DNA of 64,000 nt from a virus. Position 1 is the first letter of the stretch; every line of letters starts with the position of its first letter. The position numbers and the translations under genes are program-made. The notes beneath the pieces are model-generated. The model saw only the letters and a list, made by a program, of their open reading frames with translations. It searched no databases and had not been told where the DNA came from. Positions 18,108-28,476 of the stretch are shown one piece after another. The stretch lies in IMG/VR virus record IMGVR_UViG_3300025810_000004, positions 64,001 to 128,000 of that record. The stretch is one strand, 5' to 3'.

Positions 18108-19670
18108 ATGGCTGGGAAAAAGGCCAAAGCAGACGTTGTTCCGGTTCGTCAGCAGAACCAGTACAACTGTATGACCACGAGCCTCTGCATGGCTCTCCGT
18201 GCCCTTGGTGTGCCCGAAGAGGAGTGCTCTATCCAGCAGGTGAACAAGGTCGTTGGGGCTATGCCCCTCCGAGGCGCGGCTTGGGAGCCCCTGCTTGCAG
18301 CGGCAAACCATTATGGGATGCGAGCCATCTTGACTTTGCCCTCTACGGTTCGGCAGCTGAAGAAGTGGACCGACGCTGGCAGTCCCATAGTCATCGCCTG
18401 GAACCCCGAGGGCCGCGAGTGGAGCCACGCTTCTCTGGTGTTTGACGTCACCGAAGACGACGAGCACGGGTTCTTGGTTCACGTCGCTGACCCGAATATA
18501 CCGGACCCCGATGAAACCGTGCGGGTTGTACCGAAGGGCGAGTTCTACCAGAAGTGGTACGAAAAGTCACCTCAGGGTTTCTTGATCCGTAGACCAGCTT
18601 GCGCAATAGAGCGGGAGATCACTCCCGAAGGGAGACAAGTCATGGCAAGCATGAAGAAATCAGCGGCGCGTCGTGGCCCCCCGTCTCAGGTAGGATCTTC
18701 TGCCCTCCTGAAGCGGCAGGGCTACACCCCCGTCGATGTCATGTTCGGCGAGGCGCTGCCACACCGTCGCCCCATCGTCTCCAAGGGCGATGGGATCATG
18801 GACCGGCGCGGCGACGTGTATCTGTTTGCAGGCATCGCAGGCGACGGCTCACCGATCCTGGCGAAGGATGAACGGGAACTGGAACGGCTCTCGAAGAAGG
18901 TCATCGAAGACCGCTTGCACGTGGTCACCGCAGCAGGCAAAGATTACACCGTTGAGATGCGGGGGGAAGCTGACAACTTCCGTTCTGCTACCTCTGCCAA
19001 GAGGGTCCTCGCACGTTGGGCTCGTACCAGCAAGACCGCCGCTGAATTGAAGGACATCTGGGTCGTCACCGAGCCCGGTGAGGACGACGAAATTGTGGGG
19101 ATAGTGTCCCAGATTTCTGACCCCCGGACGCTTGGGGACCTGATACGGGGCATGGGCAGGAGGTGGGATACCGACCTCCCGGCTCTCCACGACTCTCAGG
19201 ATTCCGCTGAGAAGGACGCCATGCGCCGACTTGAAAAGGTTCACAAGGGTGACGTGCCCGATTGGGTTCTGCAGGACAAGGGTGACTACAAACTGGCTTC
19301 GGTCAGGCGTCTGATCCAGGCTTACACCAAGCAGTCCAACCGCTTCCAGAAGAGGATGGACAGAAAGCTGAAGTCCCTCATAAACCACAGCTTTGAGCGT
19401 ATAGGGCTGGACGGGAACACCAGATTCAACACCCCACAGCAGGGTTATTCTCGTGCTGTGGACCTCATGGGTGAGTACGGTGTGGAGCTGGCGGAGGTGC
19501 CTAATTCGTTCGACTTCAAGCACCGACCGACTGGGACAGTGCGGGTTGACGTGGCCTTCACCAACCAAGAGGACATTTTCTCCCCGTACGAGATCACCAA
19601 CTCCATGCTGGTTATCCAGTACACGGAACTGCGTGAAGATGTTTTCGAGGTCATAGCTTATATGTCTTGA
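18108..19670 (+). CDS. multidomain protein with N-terminal C39-like cysteine peptidase
   Basis: RQQNQYNCMTTSLCMAL (Q/C), WSHASLV (H), VADPN (D); further domains separated by KSAA/KTAA. Confidence 0.8.
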   Translation: MAGKKAKADVVPVRQQNQYNCMTTSLCMALRALGVPEEECSIQQVNKVVGAMPLRGAAWEPLLAAANHYGMRAILTLPSTVRQLKKWTDAGSPIVIAWNPEGREWSHASLVFDVTEDDEHGFLVHVADPNIPDPDETVRVVPKGEFYQKWYEKSPQGFLIRRPACAIEREITPEGRQVMASMKKSAARRGPPSQVGSSALLKRQGYTPVDVMFGEALPHRRPIVSKGDGIMDRRGDVYLFAGIAGDGSPILAKDERELERLSKKVIEDRLHVVTAAGKDYTVEMRGEADNFRSATSAKRVLARWARTSKTAAELKDIWVVTEPGEDDEIVGIVSQISDPRTLGDLIRGMGRRWDTDLPALHDSQDSAEKDAMRRLEKVHKGDVPDWVLQDKGDYKLASVRRLIQAYTKQSNRFQKRMDRKLKSLINHSFERIGLDGNTRFNTPQQGYSRAVDLMGEYGVELAEVPNSFDFKHRPTGTVRVDVAFTNQEDIFSPYEITNSMLVIQYTELREDVFEVIAYMS

Positions 19671-19679
19671 GGAGCGGTT

Positions 19680-22481
19680 GTGAGTTCGATCAAGAGGATA
19701 GTGGCTCGCTTCTTGGAAGCAGACCTGAACCCCCCACTCGGGTATCCAGGTGGCTCTTGCTATTTCCAAGAGAGGGTTCGGGAGGAAGTCGGAAGCGACA
19801 AGCTGGTGAACCAGATAATGCTGAAGCACCTTCAGAACAAGAAGCTCACTCCCGTCGAAGAGAAGTCCATATACGACGATATGTACTGGGAGGGGAAGGT
19901 CAAAGGCACTTTCTTCGAACTCTTCTTGACTGCTCACGCCCAGTACCGCATGGACCTGCGCGGAGTCACAGTCAGTGACGTAAAGAACTCCCTGAGAGAA
20001 TTCCAGAAGGAGTGGTCCAAAGCACAGAGTCGGGGTGGTCCCAACTATTACACCAACCTCCTCCTGAACAGGGACGTGAGGTGGAAGTCCACCAACCCAC
20101 GGTTTGAGATGTTCTTCACTGTCCTTAAGTTCGTTCCCAAGGACAAGGAACGCGGTCAGAAGATGGAGGTGAGGATTCGTGTCGACTCGGTGTTCTTCTC
20201 TGGGGGTGTGCCGGAGGACCCCGTTCTTCCCAAGAATTGTGATACCTGGAAGAATTGGGAAGGGTGGTCCGGGGAGTACGAAGAGCACGGTCTGGACCGA
20301 ATCCTCCCGGTTCTCCCGAATCGCAGGAACGCAGACTTGAACCCCCCACTCGGATATCCGGGAGGCTCTTGCCACACCATTCAGCGGGTGCACGAAGAGG
20401 TCAGGAACCCAAATCTTAGGGATAACCTGGTAGACAAACTGGAAGAGGGGAAAAGCCTCTCCAATTCAGAAGCTCGCAAGGTCTACAAGGCCCCCCAGGT
20501 TGAAAGCGGAACCCAGTCCAAGCTGCTGAAAGACATCGTCATAACCTCCCACGCCCAGTACCGCATGGACCAGAGGGGTATAACCGCTGTCGAGATACGT
20601 CTGGCACTGAAGCAATTCGTCAAGGCTTTCTACGACGGGAAGTCCCAGAAGTCGGTCGAGTTCATGGACTGGTCCACGGCCATGGCTTACGGCGAGCCTA
20701 TCAGGTGGGTTGCCAAGGTCCCCAAGGGTTTGACTGTAATGTTCCAGATTTCTTCTGGGACCGCCACCGTAGTGACCGTGTACTGGGAGAAGGAACAGGA
20801 CCCCCGCCCTCAGTCTGAAGAGAGCTGTGGCTTCCCTTCAGCGGGTCGCGTGGCTCGCAAGTACGCCATGCGTATAACCCCCACCCCCGGTGTCCAAACC
20901 TTCGTCACCGAGAAGTCCCAAGAGGGGCTCCCAACGAGTGTTGACCATGAAAAGCAGGTGGTCCTCCCTCCAGGCTCTGCGACTCCGGGAGGCGAAGGAA
21001 GGAACATCGGCCCTTTTTCCTATAATGGCCCCGACTCTGAGTCGGACATCTCACCTCGTACCCTTGGTACTCCGGGTGAGGAGCGGGGCCATCCCACGAA
21101 TTTCGTAACTCCTGGCACTATGTCCCGCCGCACCATGACCTCCTCCAGAGCCACCATATTCTGGGAAGAAGAATACGAAGATTTGGAGGGAGACCCCTGG
21201 GAAGTAGCAGAGTCTGCTGGCATAAACATACTCAGGGGCAAGGAGTTCAGGGCTGGGTTCCAAGTTGACGGGGAAATAGTCGCGGTTCTGTTCGACGAGT
21301 CAGACAGAGACGGGTACTCATTCGACATAGCCGTTAGCCCTAACCACAGGAGACAGGGATTCGCCAAGAGGCTGCTGGACATAGCTCTTGACCTTTATGA
21401 GGACAACAGAGAAGCCTACGGCGAAGAGTACACTCTGAACCTTGACGTGGTTAGCCCAATCATGGAAAAGGTGCTGAAGGGAAAAGGCTTCGTGGAAGTC
21501 GGAAGGCAGGGTGGTCACACCATGATGACCAGGGTGGCCTCCTCCTCGATTCCGAATGCCAGGACTCTGCAGCAGGAATTGGTGGACCTGAAATCTTATA
21601 CCGACCACTTTGAAAGGGACTCGGACGGATACCCACTGTGGTACTTCGTTTCTCAGGGAAGTCTGACTTCCACCCCTGACTATGGTGTTTCCAACGCGGC
21701 CCTGCCCCGTGGTGCCGAGGGCAACGAGATAATGAAGACCGAAGAGGAGGTCGAGGGCACGGGGAAAACAGCCTACAAGCGCAGGTGGAAGCCTGGTCAG
21801 AGGCAGCGCAAGTCCAGGGGTAGGACCAAGACCAAGCGCAAAGAGTACAACCGCAAGAACAGGGCAAAGCGCAGACGGTACTCTCAAAAGTGGCGGGACA
21901 AGAACAAGAATAAGGGGGCGTTTCGGTCCAGTGAGAAGAAGAGGAGAAGGTCCAACCGCAGAAGGAGAGGGTCTGTCCTCACCGTTCCGGACATAGCCTT
22001 CCTTATCGGCCCCGAAATGCTGATGGGGTATATACACTCTATTTCTCCCATCAGTGGCATGGTGACCATAGAGCTGGAGGGTTCCAACGTTTCTCAGCTC
22101 GATTCGCTCCCGGTCGAGGTGTTCCTGCGAATGGCGGTATTCCTGACCGAGCAAGACATAAACTCGTTCTTCGAGTTGGTCGACGTCGAGATAGGCCCAC
22201 AAGCCTACGAGGATATGGACGAAAGCATGGTCAAGGACTGTGCTCGCAGATACGACCGTGACCCGGACTCCGACGATTTCAAGAACGATTGTTTCGAACT
22301 CACCGACGAGTACGAGCTTTCTTCCATGGGTGCAGACCAGCTCGAAGCGGTCACCACCAGCATAGTGCAAGGCAACATAGACGACGGCTTCTCCCGGTCC
22401 GTAGAAGACGCAGACGACCCAGAAATTGGCGACGAGTACGACCCCCACCTCTTTTATGGCGAGGTGGAAGTTGACCGATAG
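19680..22481 (+). CDS. polyprotein-like: two HAxxRM (DUF4258/BECR-like) domains, GNAT domain, Arg/Lys-rich tract
   Basis: ADLNPPLGYPGGSC x2; HAQYRMD.RG.T x2; FDIAVSPNHRRQGFAKRLL. Confidence 0.75.
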   Translation: MSSIKRIVARFLEADLNPPLGYPGGSCYFQERVREEVGSDKLVNQIMLKHLQNKKLTPVEEKSIYDDMYWEGKVKGTFFELFLTAHAQYRMDLRGVTVSDVKNSLREFQKEWSKAQSRGGPNYYTNLLLNRDVRWKSTNPRFEMFFTVLKFVPKDKERGQKMEVRIRVDSVFFSGGVPEDPVLPKNCDTWKNWEGWSGEYEEHGLDRILPVLPNRRNADLNPPLGYPGGSCHTIQRVHEEVRNPNLRDNLVDKLEEGKSLSNSEARKVYKAPQVESGTQSKLLKDIVITSHAQYRMDQRGITAVEIRLALKQFVKAFYDGKSQKSVEFMDWSTAMAYGEPIRWVAKVPKGLTVMFQISSGTATVVTVYWEKEQDPRPQSEESCGFPSAGRVARKYAMRITPTPGVQTFVTEKSQEGLPTSVDHEKQVVLPPGSATPGGEGRNIGPFSYNGPDSESDISPRTLGTPGEERGHPTNFVTPGTMSRRTMTSSRATIFWEEEYEDLEGDPWEVAESAGINILRGKEFRAGFQVDGEIVAVLFDESDRDGYSFDIAVSPNHRRQGFAKRLLDIALDLYEDNREAYGEEYTLNLDVVSPIMEKVLKGKGFVEVGRQGGHTMMTRVASSSIPNARTLQQELVDLKSYTDHFERDSDGYPLWYFVSQGSLTSTPDYGVSNAALPRGAEGNEIMKTEEEVEGTGKTAYKRRWKPGQRQRKSRGRTKTKRKEYNRKNRAKRRRYSQKWRDKNKNKGAFRSSEKKRRRSNRRRRGSVLTVPDIAFLIGPEMLMGYIHSISPISGMVTIELEGSNVSQLDSLPVEVFLRMAVFLTEQDINSFFELVDVEIGPQAYEDMDESMVKDCARRYDRDPDSDDFKNDCFELTDEYELSSMGADQLEAVTTSIVQGNIDDGFSRSVEDADDPEIGDEYDPHLFYGEVEVDR

Positions 22482-23835
22482 TTTGAGGACTCTCAGGTCC
22501 TACATAGGAGACTTGCACTCCCTTTTCGAGTCCGAGGACTACGACGTTCTCATTGAAAAGGCAGAATCTTCCAAAGAGGTGTCACGCCTTTCTCGTATGA
22601 TAGGAGACGTTGACGAGTACCTGACGGGCAACAGGCGTCCGTCTGATTCCAGGTACAACAGAGACGCTTCTGAACTTCTGGAGGGGGGCCGACCTGTGGT
22701 ACATCTGTCTGACGGTGGATACTCTCGTCTCACTCTCTCCATGGACAGGAAACCCCACATGTGGATAGACAAGGGTATCTCCACCAAAAGAGTGGTGGAA
22801 AAGTGGGAAAGTTCCAAGTCTGCTGGGGACATAATCCTGTACGACCAGGAAAACCCCTCAAACAACGAGATAAAGCAACCGGGTCCGGACGTTGGATACA
22901 GAGCTGAGGGCCCGACGACCTACGCCATTTCTCCGGACGAGAAGGAGGGGGTTCCTGCAGGAGGGGGAGTTGGCTTTGGTCTGTATGAAGACGCCCCACC
23001 CGCAAGCTCCAGAGTCATCCCCCAGCAGATGAAGCAGAATCTGGAGGAAAACTACTCCAAGTTCAGCGCTCGCAGGAGAAAGCCCACGAGGTTCAACAAG
23101 AACCTCGTCCTCAACGTCATATACGACCAGTCCAGGGACCCAGAGGGTATAGAGTGGGGGTCAGCCCACGTAATTTCTCCCCACGGGGAAACTGACTGGC
23201 TGGTTTCCTACCGCACCTACACCGGGAAGACGAGGAAGGTCATAGTCGGGGGGCACGAAACCGGACCGGGCAGGGTGTACCTGTCCATCCGACCCTACAA
23301 TTCCAGGCAAGCCGCCCTCATATCCGAGGTTATGGCTAATTGTGGTCCGGAGATTGTGGAGAGGTCCAAAGGTATCTCCTTCAGAAGGACCCGGATCATA
23401 CCCGCCAAGCAGATTCTCACCTACGAGGTGACCGGATCCACGGGGGACAAGTACAAGGTCTATCTGAAGGGCGTGAAGAAGGGGAACGTGAAGGCCATAG
23501 CCAAGATGCCCATAAGGGTGTCTTGTACCTGCAACTTCTTCCGCTGGTCTGGGCCAGAGCATTGGGCCAAGTCGAACGGGTTCCTGTATGGACGCCCGGT
23601 TGGAACTGCCTCTAAGCCAGTGGTAAGAGACCCCAAGGGCAAACATTGGGTTTGTAAGCACGTCTACGCTATTCTTGACGCCAAGAAAAACCTGAAATTC
23701 GCAAACTGGAACCCCGGTGCCGCCTCTGGAACTCCGGTACCAATGTCCAGAGAAGAAGTTCTGGAGCTGGTGACGCCGGAAATAATGCCGGACATCGTAA
23801 CCCGCGTGGCGACCCGATACCTCCTGAAGGGCTGA
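22426..23835 (+). CDS. multidomain protein with SWIM-type zinc finger
   Basis: VSCTCNFF...VCKHV; ends IVTRVATRYLLKG; start uncertain (22456 or 22471). Confidence 0.7.
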   Translation: MATSTTPTSFMARWKLTDSLRTLRSYIGDLHSLFESEDYDVLIEKAESSKEVSRLSRMIGDVDEYLTGNRRPSDSRYNRDASELLEGGRPVVHLSDGGYSRLTLSMDRKPHMWIDKGISTKRVVEKWESSKSAGDIILYDQENPSNNEIKQPGPDVGYRAEGPTTYAISPDEKEGVPAGGGVGFGLYEDAPPASSRVIPQQMKQNLEENYSKFSARRRKPTRFNKNLVLNVIYDQSRDPEGIEWGSAHVISPHGETDWLVSYRTYTGKTRKVIVGGHETGPGRVYLSIRPYNSRQAALISEVMANCGPEIVERSKGISFRRTRIIPAKQILTYEVTGSTGDKYKVYLKGVKKGNVKAIAKMPIRVSCTCNFFRWSGPEHWAKSNGFLYGRPVGTASKPVVRDPKGKHWVCKHVYAILDAKKNLKFANWNPGAASGTPVPMSREEVLELVTPEIMPDIVTRVATRYLLKG

Positions 23836-23838
23836 ACT

Positions 23839-24666
23839 TCAGAGGGTGTGAAACTTATCCGTTTCCTTGTCCAGAACGAGGTTGGGATAACCGTCCTGCT
23901 CCGAAGACTGCTGAGCGTAGGGTTCCACTGTCCCGTCGGAAGAAGGCTGTCTGAAGGCGCTGTCTATGATGTACACGAGATACTGCACACACAGTTTCTC
24001 CGAGTACAGAACCGGGTCGTAGGACGCCTTCATACCCTCTCCTCTCGTGGCTTGGACTATTTCGGACAGTTCTTCGTTGAGCTGTTCGTACAAGTCCGAG
24101 AGCTTTATTATCCTCTCCTCCAGTCTCACCCTCTTCTGGTACATCTCCTTCTTCGTCCAACCTCGAAGTTGCTTTATGGGTGTCCAGACCCTCTCCTCTC
24201 CGGTTTCCACTTCCCCACCCACCACGCTGGGTTTGAACCCAGACAGGTTGGAGTCTGAGTTCTCGTTCGCCGATGCGAACGAGTAGGAGAATCCCACCCT
24301 ATAGGCAACACCCAGCCCCGGCTGTTGGTCGTCGACCAGTATTCCTTCGTCTGAGACCTTGGCCTGGTTTGGTACCAAGAACATCGAAATATCGAACGGG
24401 TTTCCACCGAGTGCCACATAAGCCTTCAGCAACTTTCCTATGGCGCAGTCCTGAACCCCTTCCACCAGGACTCCCACCCTTTCTTCGGTCTTGAGTCCGT
24501 TGGTTTCGTCCGTTCCGTACAGGATGATTATCCGGCCTATCCGGCGCTGCTCGGCCAGTATGATTTTCTCCCTGTTCCCACAGTCTTTTCTTTCCTGTGT
24601 GACGAACTCCCTGAATACCCTCCACTGCCCCTCTCTGAAGGTGGAGCCCCACTCAAAAGAAGGCAT
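23839..24666 (-). CDS. hypothetical protein
   Basis: 275 aa, translationally coupled to the upstream gene. Confidence 0.7.
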   Translation of the reverse strand: MPSFEWGSTFREGQWRVFREFVTQERKDCGNREKIILAEQRRIGRIIILYGTDETNGLKTEERVGVLVEGVQDCAIGKLLKAYVALGGNPFDISMFLVPNQAKVSDEGILVDDQQPGLGVAYRVGFSYSFASANENSDSNLSGFKPSVVGGEVETGEERVWTPIKQLRGWTKKEMYQKRVRLEERIIKLSDLYEQLNEELSEIVQATRGEGMKASYDPVLYSEKLCVQYLVYIIDSAFRQPSSDGTVEPYAQQSSEQDGYPNLVLDKETDKFHTL

Positions 24667-27158
24667 CAGTCTTCTCCTCCGCTCAAAGCGAGCACCAAGA
24701 TTTCCAAGAGTATGTCTGAGAGCCCACCAAATATGAACAGCGCACCCGCCCCATACGTCAGTCTGGAGTCCTCTGGTTTGTTCTCCGAGGCAATCAGTCC
24801 GTTGATGACCCCGTTTGTTCCGTTTTCCACCAGAAGCAGACCGCTGAAGGAAGGAAGGTCGAAGAACTGAAGGGACTTCAGGAGGGCTCTGATCTTCTCT
24901 ATCAGAGCCTGCAGCTGGAATATCCGGGCCTGTATGGCTTCTATGTACGCGACTATCTTATCTATCAGACCCTGCAGACCGTCCAATATCCCCAACAGGA
25001 TCTTCTCCACGTTGACCAGAACGTCATCCAGAGGAGCCAGAGCTTCTTCGAAGAACCTCTTCGTTATCCACTGGCTGTCCCCTTCTGGTCTGCTGAGCCT
25101 TGCTCCCGCTATCTGCAGTACAGCCTTGGCGGCCAGAAGAACGCTCCCATCGTCGTACTCCAGGAGGGATTTCCTCACAAAGTCTATCTCCGAGAAGAGC
25201 GCGGGGCTCGTCTTGGAATAGACCACCGGACTCCAGTCTCCAGACCCCTGACCAAACATCCAAATGAACTCAGAAGACCCAGGAGTGGTGTCGTAAACTC
25301 CGTCCCTCGACGGACCCTGCATGAACAGACTGCCGCTTCTTATACCACACCCAGCTGGATTCGAGGCTATGCCCGAATTCGGGTCTTTCGAAGACAGCGA
25401 CTCCAGTATGGTCTGCTCCGGGTATTCAGGTTTGACCTGGTTCCACTTGAAGTTCACCAGCTTGTCCGCAGACTCATACACCAAGTCCATAAGCTCGTTG
25501 GAGGGAGTCGTGTCGAGGAGTATCTGAGACACTCTCTGGACCACAACAAGCAGCTTTCTCCTGAACGAAACGGCGTCGTCTGTGCTGTAGAACTTCTTCG
25601 GGTTTATCCCGAATCTTGGGTACATGGCTCTGGAGCCCTCCAACCCGGTGGGCCTTCCCTTCAGGTGTGTGTTAAAGGCCCAATAAGCGTTGCCCTCGTC
25701 GTTCGTGGGTTGCTCAGCGAAGTCTATCCTGCATAGTATAGCCACTATAACCGCCGATTGTACTGCAGTTATGTAGTCCTTCATTGAGGCGGAAGGGAAG
25801 GCGACCTGTGCGGGGGAGCTTGGGCTCGTGAACTCCTCGAAAGATATCTCCAACCCAGGAGGGTCGGGGAAAATCGCTCTACCTGATTTCTGGGACAGGA
25901 TGTTGTCGTAGTTGAAATTGTAGAGGTGCAGGTTGTTCTTCCCTATGGGGACCGGGGCTGCGGGGGGAGCGGAATCGATACCGATACCCTGCACGTATTC
26001 CTTGGAAAGGGCAGTAACCCGCACGAAATACTTGTTGGTGTCGAAGGTGGTGACCACAGAACTCCCGTCTGGGCTCGCGGTCACCTCTATCCCCATCGGA
26101 AGTTGGTCCTTGCTGAGGAAGGCGTTGAAGGACTGGTTGGCACCCATCTTTGCAAAGAATCCCGCCTTCACAAAGTAAGTGGCTCCACCAACGGGCTTTC
26201 CATCGTTTTCTTCTGCGGTGAGCAAAGAGGGTTTGAACGGTGGTGTGTTCTGCCCCACAGTCAGCAGCAACTTCACCCCGTGCTCGTCAGTGGTTTCCAG
26301 CCTTGAGAAATCCTGAGCCCTCTCCCCTGTTCCCAGGTCGCACACTCCTCCGTACAGCTTCAGCGGACCTCCGGTTGTTGGGTCTATCCCCACCAGGAAG
26401 TCACTGCTTATGTCTTCCACCTCGGAGGACTGTTCCGACTTCGGCCTCTTCACCAGAACGTTGAACCCGTCCGGAAGGGTGGAAACGTGTATGAGGAACC
26501 CCTTGGGGGCGGGGGTGAACAGCTTCCCGTTTGTGGGCTGTTGCCAATTTATAGAGATGCTGTCTGGCACTGTTTCGGCGCTCAGGGACTTGCTGAGATT
26601 TCTGAAGTTCAGAGTTCCCTGAGGCCCAAACAGTATGCTTGGGGTGGTGGGGGTGGGGTAAATTCGGGTGTTGGCGGGAGAGTTATCCCCGAAGAACGCT
26701 ATAATCTTGAATATGAGCTTCAGCAGGAATACGGCGTCCTCTGCAGAACGGTAGGCGAACAGGGCAAGAACCGCTGAAGAGGTAGAAAAATTGGGTCGGT
26801 TGGGGTCGGTCGAATCAAGGAGTCTGGCGAGCATCCTCCGCTCGTAAGCGTCGTATCCCCCAACCAGGTCCTCGAAGGGTGCCTGGAACAGGTTCTTGTC
26901 TGACGTCATATAGACGCCCATCTGCCTCAGGTCGTTGACTATGTTCCGTATCAGAGTTATGATGGCTTCCACTATCGCTCGGATAGGGTCCAATAGGCCG
27001 ACCAGGAACACTTTGATGATGGATAGAATGGCCTGAACTATGTTGAGCACAGCTATCAGGAAGGATAGAACAGAGTCTATCTGTTCTACGACTTCGTTGA
27101 TGGGCTCAAGTATGGGGTCGAGGTTGGGTTGTATGGTAACCCATTCTTTGTCAGCCAC
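24666..27158 (-). CDS. large hypothetical protein with amphipathic/hydrophobic helical ends (possibly virion/baseplate-associated)
   Basis: 830-aa ORF in an operon headed by the promoter motif at 27402-27416. Confidence 0.7.
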   Translation of the reverse strand: MADKEWVTIQPNLDPILEPINEVVEQIDSVLSFLIAVLNIVQAILSIIKVFLVGLLDPIRAIVEAIITLIRNIVNDLRQMGVYMTSDKNLFQAPFEDLVGGYDAYERRMLARLLDSTDPNRPNFSTSSAVLALFAYRSAEDAVFLLKLIFKIIAFFGDNSPANTRIYPTPTTPSILFGPQGTLNFRNLSKSLSAETVPDSISINWQQPTNGKLFTPAPKGFLIHVSTLPDGFNVLVKRPKSEQSSEVEDISSDFLVGIDPTTGGPLKLYGGVCDLGTGERAQDFSRLETTDEHGVKLLLTVGQNTPPFKPSLLTAEENDGKPVGGATYFVKAGFFAKMGANQSFNAFLSKDQLPMGIEVTASPDGSSVVTTFDTNKYFVRVTALSKEYVQGIGIDSAPPAAPVPIGKNNLHLYNFNYDNILSQKSGRAIFPDPPGLEISFEEFTSPSSPAQVAFPSASMKDYITAVQSAVIVAILCRIDFAEQPTNDEGNAYWAFNTHLKGRPTGLEGSRAMYPRFGINPKKFYSTDDAVSFRRKLLVVVQRVSQILLDTTPSNELMDLVYESADKLVNFKWNQVKPEYPEQTILESLSSKDPNSGIASNPAGCGIRSGSLFMQGPSRDGVYDTTPGSSEFIWMFGQGSGDWSPVVYSKTSPALFSEIDFVRKSLLEYDDGSVLLAAKAVLQIAGARLSRPEGDSQWITKRFFEEALAPLDDVLVNVEKILLGILDGLQGLIDKIVAYIEAIQARIFQLQALIEKIRALLKSLQFFDLPSFSGLLLVENGTNGVINGLIASENKPEDSRLTYGAGALFIFGGLSDILLEILVLALSGGED

Positions 27159-27387
27159 TGGTGCCCCCTCCGTTCTTTATACGTTGCAGGGCTATATGCA
27201 GGTCAGCTGCTGTCTGCTTATCCTTCTCCAGTTGGCTTTGGAGAATTCCTTCGATCTTCTTTAGGGCGTCTGCCTGTTCCTTGACTATCTTGGGCATGAC
27301 TCCCTTCTTGCTCTCGGTCTGCTTCCAAGAGCCGTCCACAGGTACTCCTGCTTCCCTGAGTCGTCTTTTTATTTCCTCTGCATCCAT
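27151..27387 (-). CDS. hypothetical coiled-coil protein
   Basis: 78 aa, overlaps the next start. Confidence 0.65.
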   Translation of the reverse strand: MDAEEIKRRLREAGVPVDGSWKQTESKKGVMPKIVKEQADALKKIEGILQSQLEKDKQTAADLHIALQRIKNGGGTSG

Positions 27388-27438
27388 ACTTCTTCCCGAC
27401 TATAGTTCATCTAATGAGGGCTTTGGGTACCATTCCTC

Positions 27439-27864
27439 ATGGCTTTCGAACTGTACAGGATCAAGATAGAGGGTGCCCATACCTTCCAACTATACCTGGA
27501 AGGGAACCCTGTTGTTTCTCACCCAGGAGGGACCTCGGTCCACTCCGTCATGGTGGACGAGGAGGAACTGGGGCAACTCAGGGACCAGATTTCCCAGCTG
27601 GGAAACTCTGTGGAAGTGTTAGACCCCGTTCTTCAGGACCCCGACCAAGAGCGAGAGCGACTCGCTTTGTTGGGGGCGGGGAGAGAGAACGAGGTGTGGC
27701 CAAGTGCTTCTTGCCCCAATTGTTCTTGGTTTGACCCCACCCTCTCAAGGGTATTCTGTGGTAGGTCGGCTTGGCCTACCGAGATGGTCTCCTCGTTTGA
27801 ATCCCATGACTTCTCCACAAAAGACCTGGAGAATTGCCCCGTACCGCACGTGTGGTCCCAATAG
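27439..27864 (+). CDS. hypothetical protein with Cys cluster
   Basis: CPNC..FC..CP. Confidence 0.6.
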   Translation: MAFELYRIKIEGAHTFQLYLEGNPVVSHPGGTSVHSVMVDEEELGQLRDQISQLGNSVEVLDPVLQDPDQERERLALLGAGRENEVWPSASCPNCSWFDPTLSRVFCGRSAWPTEMVSSFESHDFSTKDLENCPVPHVWSQ

Positions 27865-27872
27865 GTGAAAGT

Positions 27873-28064
27873 ATGCCCGTGTACGAATACCGCTGTCCCA
27901 AGTGCGGTGCTGAATTCGAAAAGCTGCTCCGAGTCAGCGAGCGAGATGAACCGCAGCCCTGCCCCAACGAGAAGTGTGACGAGAAACACACCAAGAAGCT
28001 GATTTCTCGTTCCTCCTTCTCTCTCAAGGGAGGGGGATGGGCCAGCGACGGGTACTCGGGGTAA
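27873..28064 (+). CDS. FmdB-family zinc-ribbon protein
   Basis: MPVYEYRCPKCG.EFE..CP..C..KKLIS.SSF.LKGGGW..DGY. Confidence 0.9.
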   Translation: MPVYEYRCPKCGAEFEKLLRVSERDEPQPCPNEKCDEKHTKKLISRSSFSLKGGGWASDGYSG

Positions 28065-28150
28065 GCCATGGTTATCCCCTTGGTATACCAGCTCGCAATC
28101 GTGATCTTGATATGCCTTTTCATCCTTTGGATGATGGGAAAGGACAAGCC

Positions 28151-28372
28151 ATGAGCAAGCGCTTGATGAACCACCTGTCGCGGAAGATGGGTCGCAACAC
28201 CACGGCCACCCCCGCTGATAGGGAGACACGCACGGTCACCCTCACACGGTCGGATTTGGGCTTAATCGTGAAGTGGTTTGAGGGCACCCTGAGCGACCAC
28301 GAACGTCACATGGACCCCAACGAAGCCGCTCACATGCGAGAGGTCGTCCACAAGGTCAAGGCAGCAGGGTGA
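28151..28372 (+). CDS. hypothetical protein
   Basis: MSKRLMNHL... with AGGA upstream. Confidence 0.5.
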   Translation: MSKRLMNHLSRKMGRNTTATPADRETRTVTLTRSDLGLIVKWFEGTLSDHERHMDPNEAAHMREVVHKVKAAG

Positions 28373-28476
28373 TCCACTTCCTTCTCGGCATGGCTACGGG
28401 TGTGTTCGTGTGCACCGCCGTATTCGGGTACGTCGTCTATCACCTCTACAAGTTATTCAAATACGGAGCCTGACCA

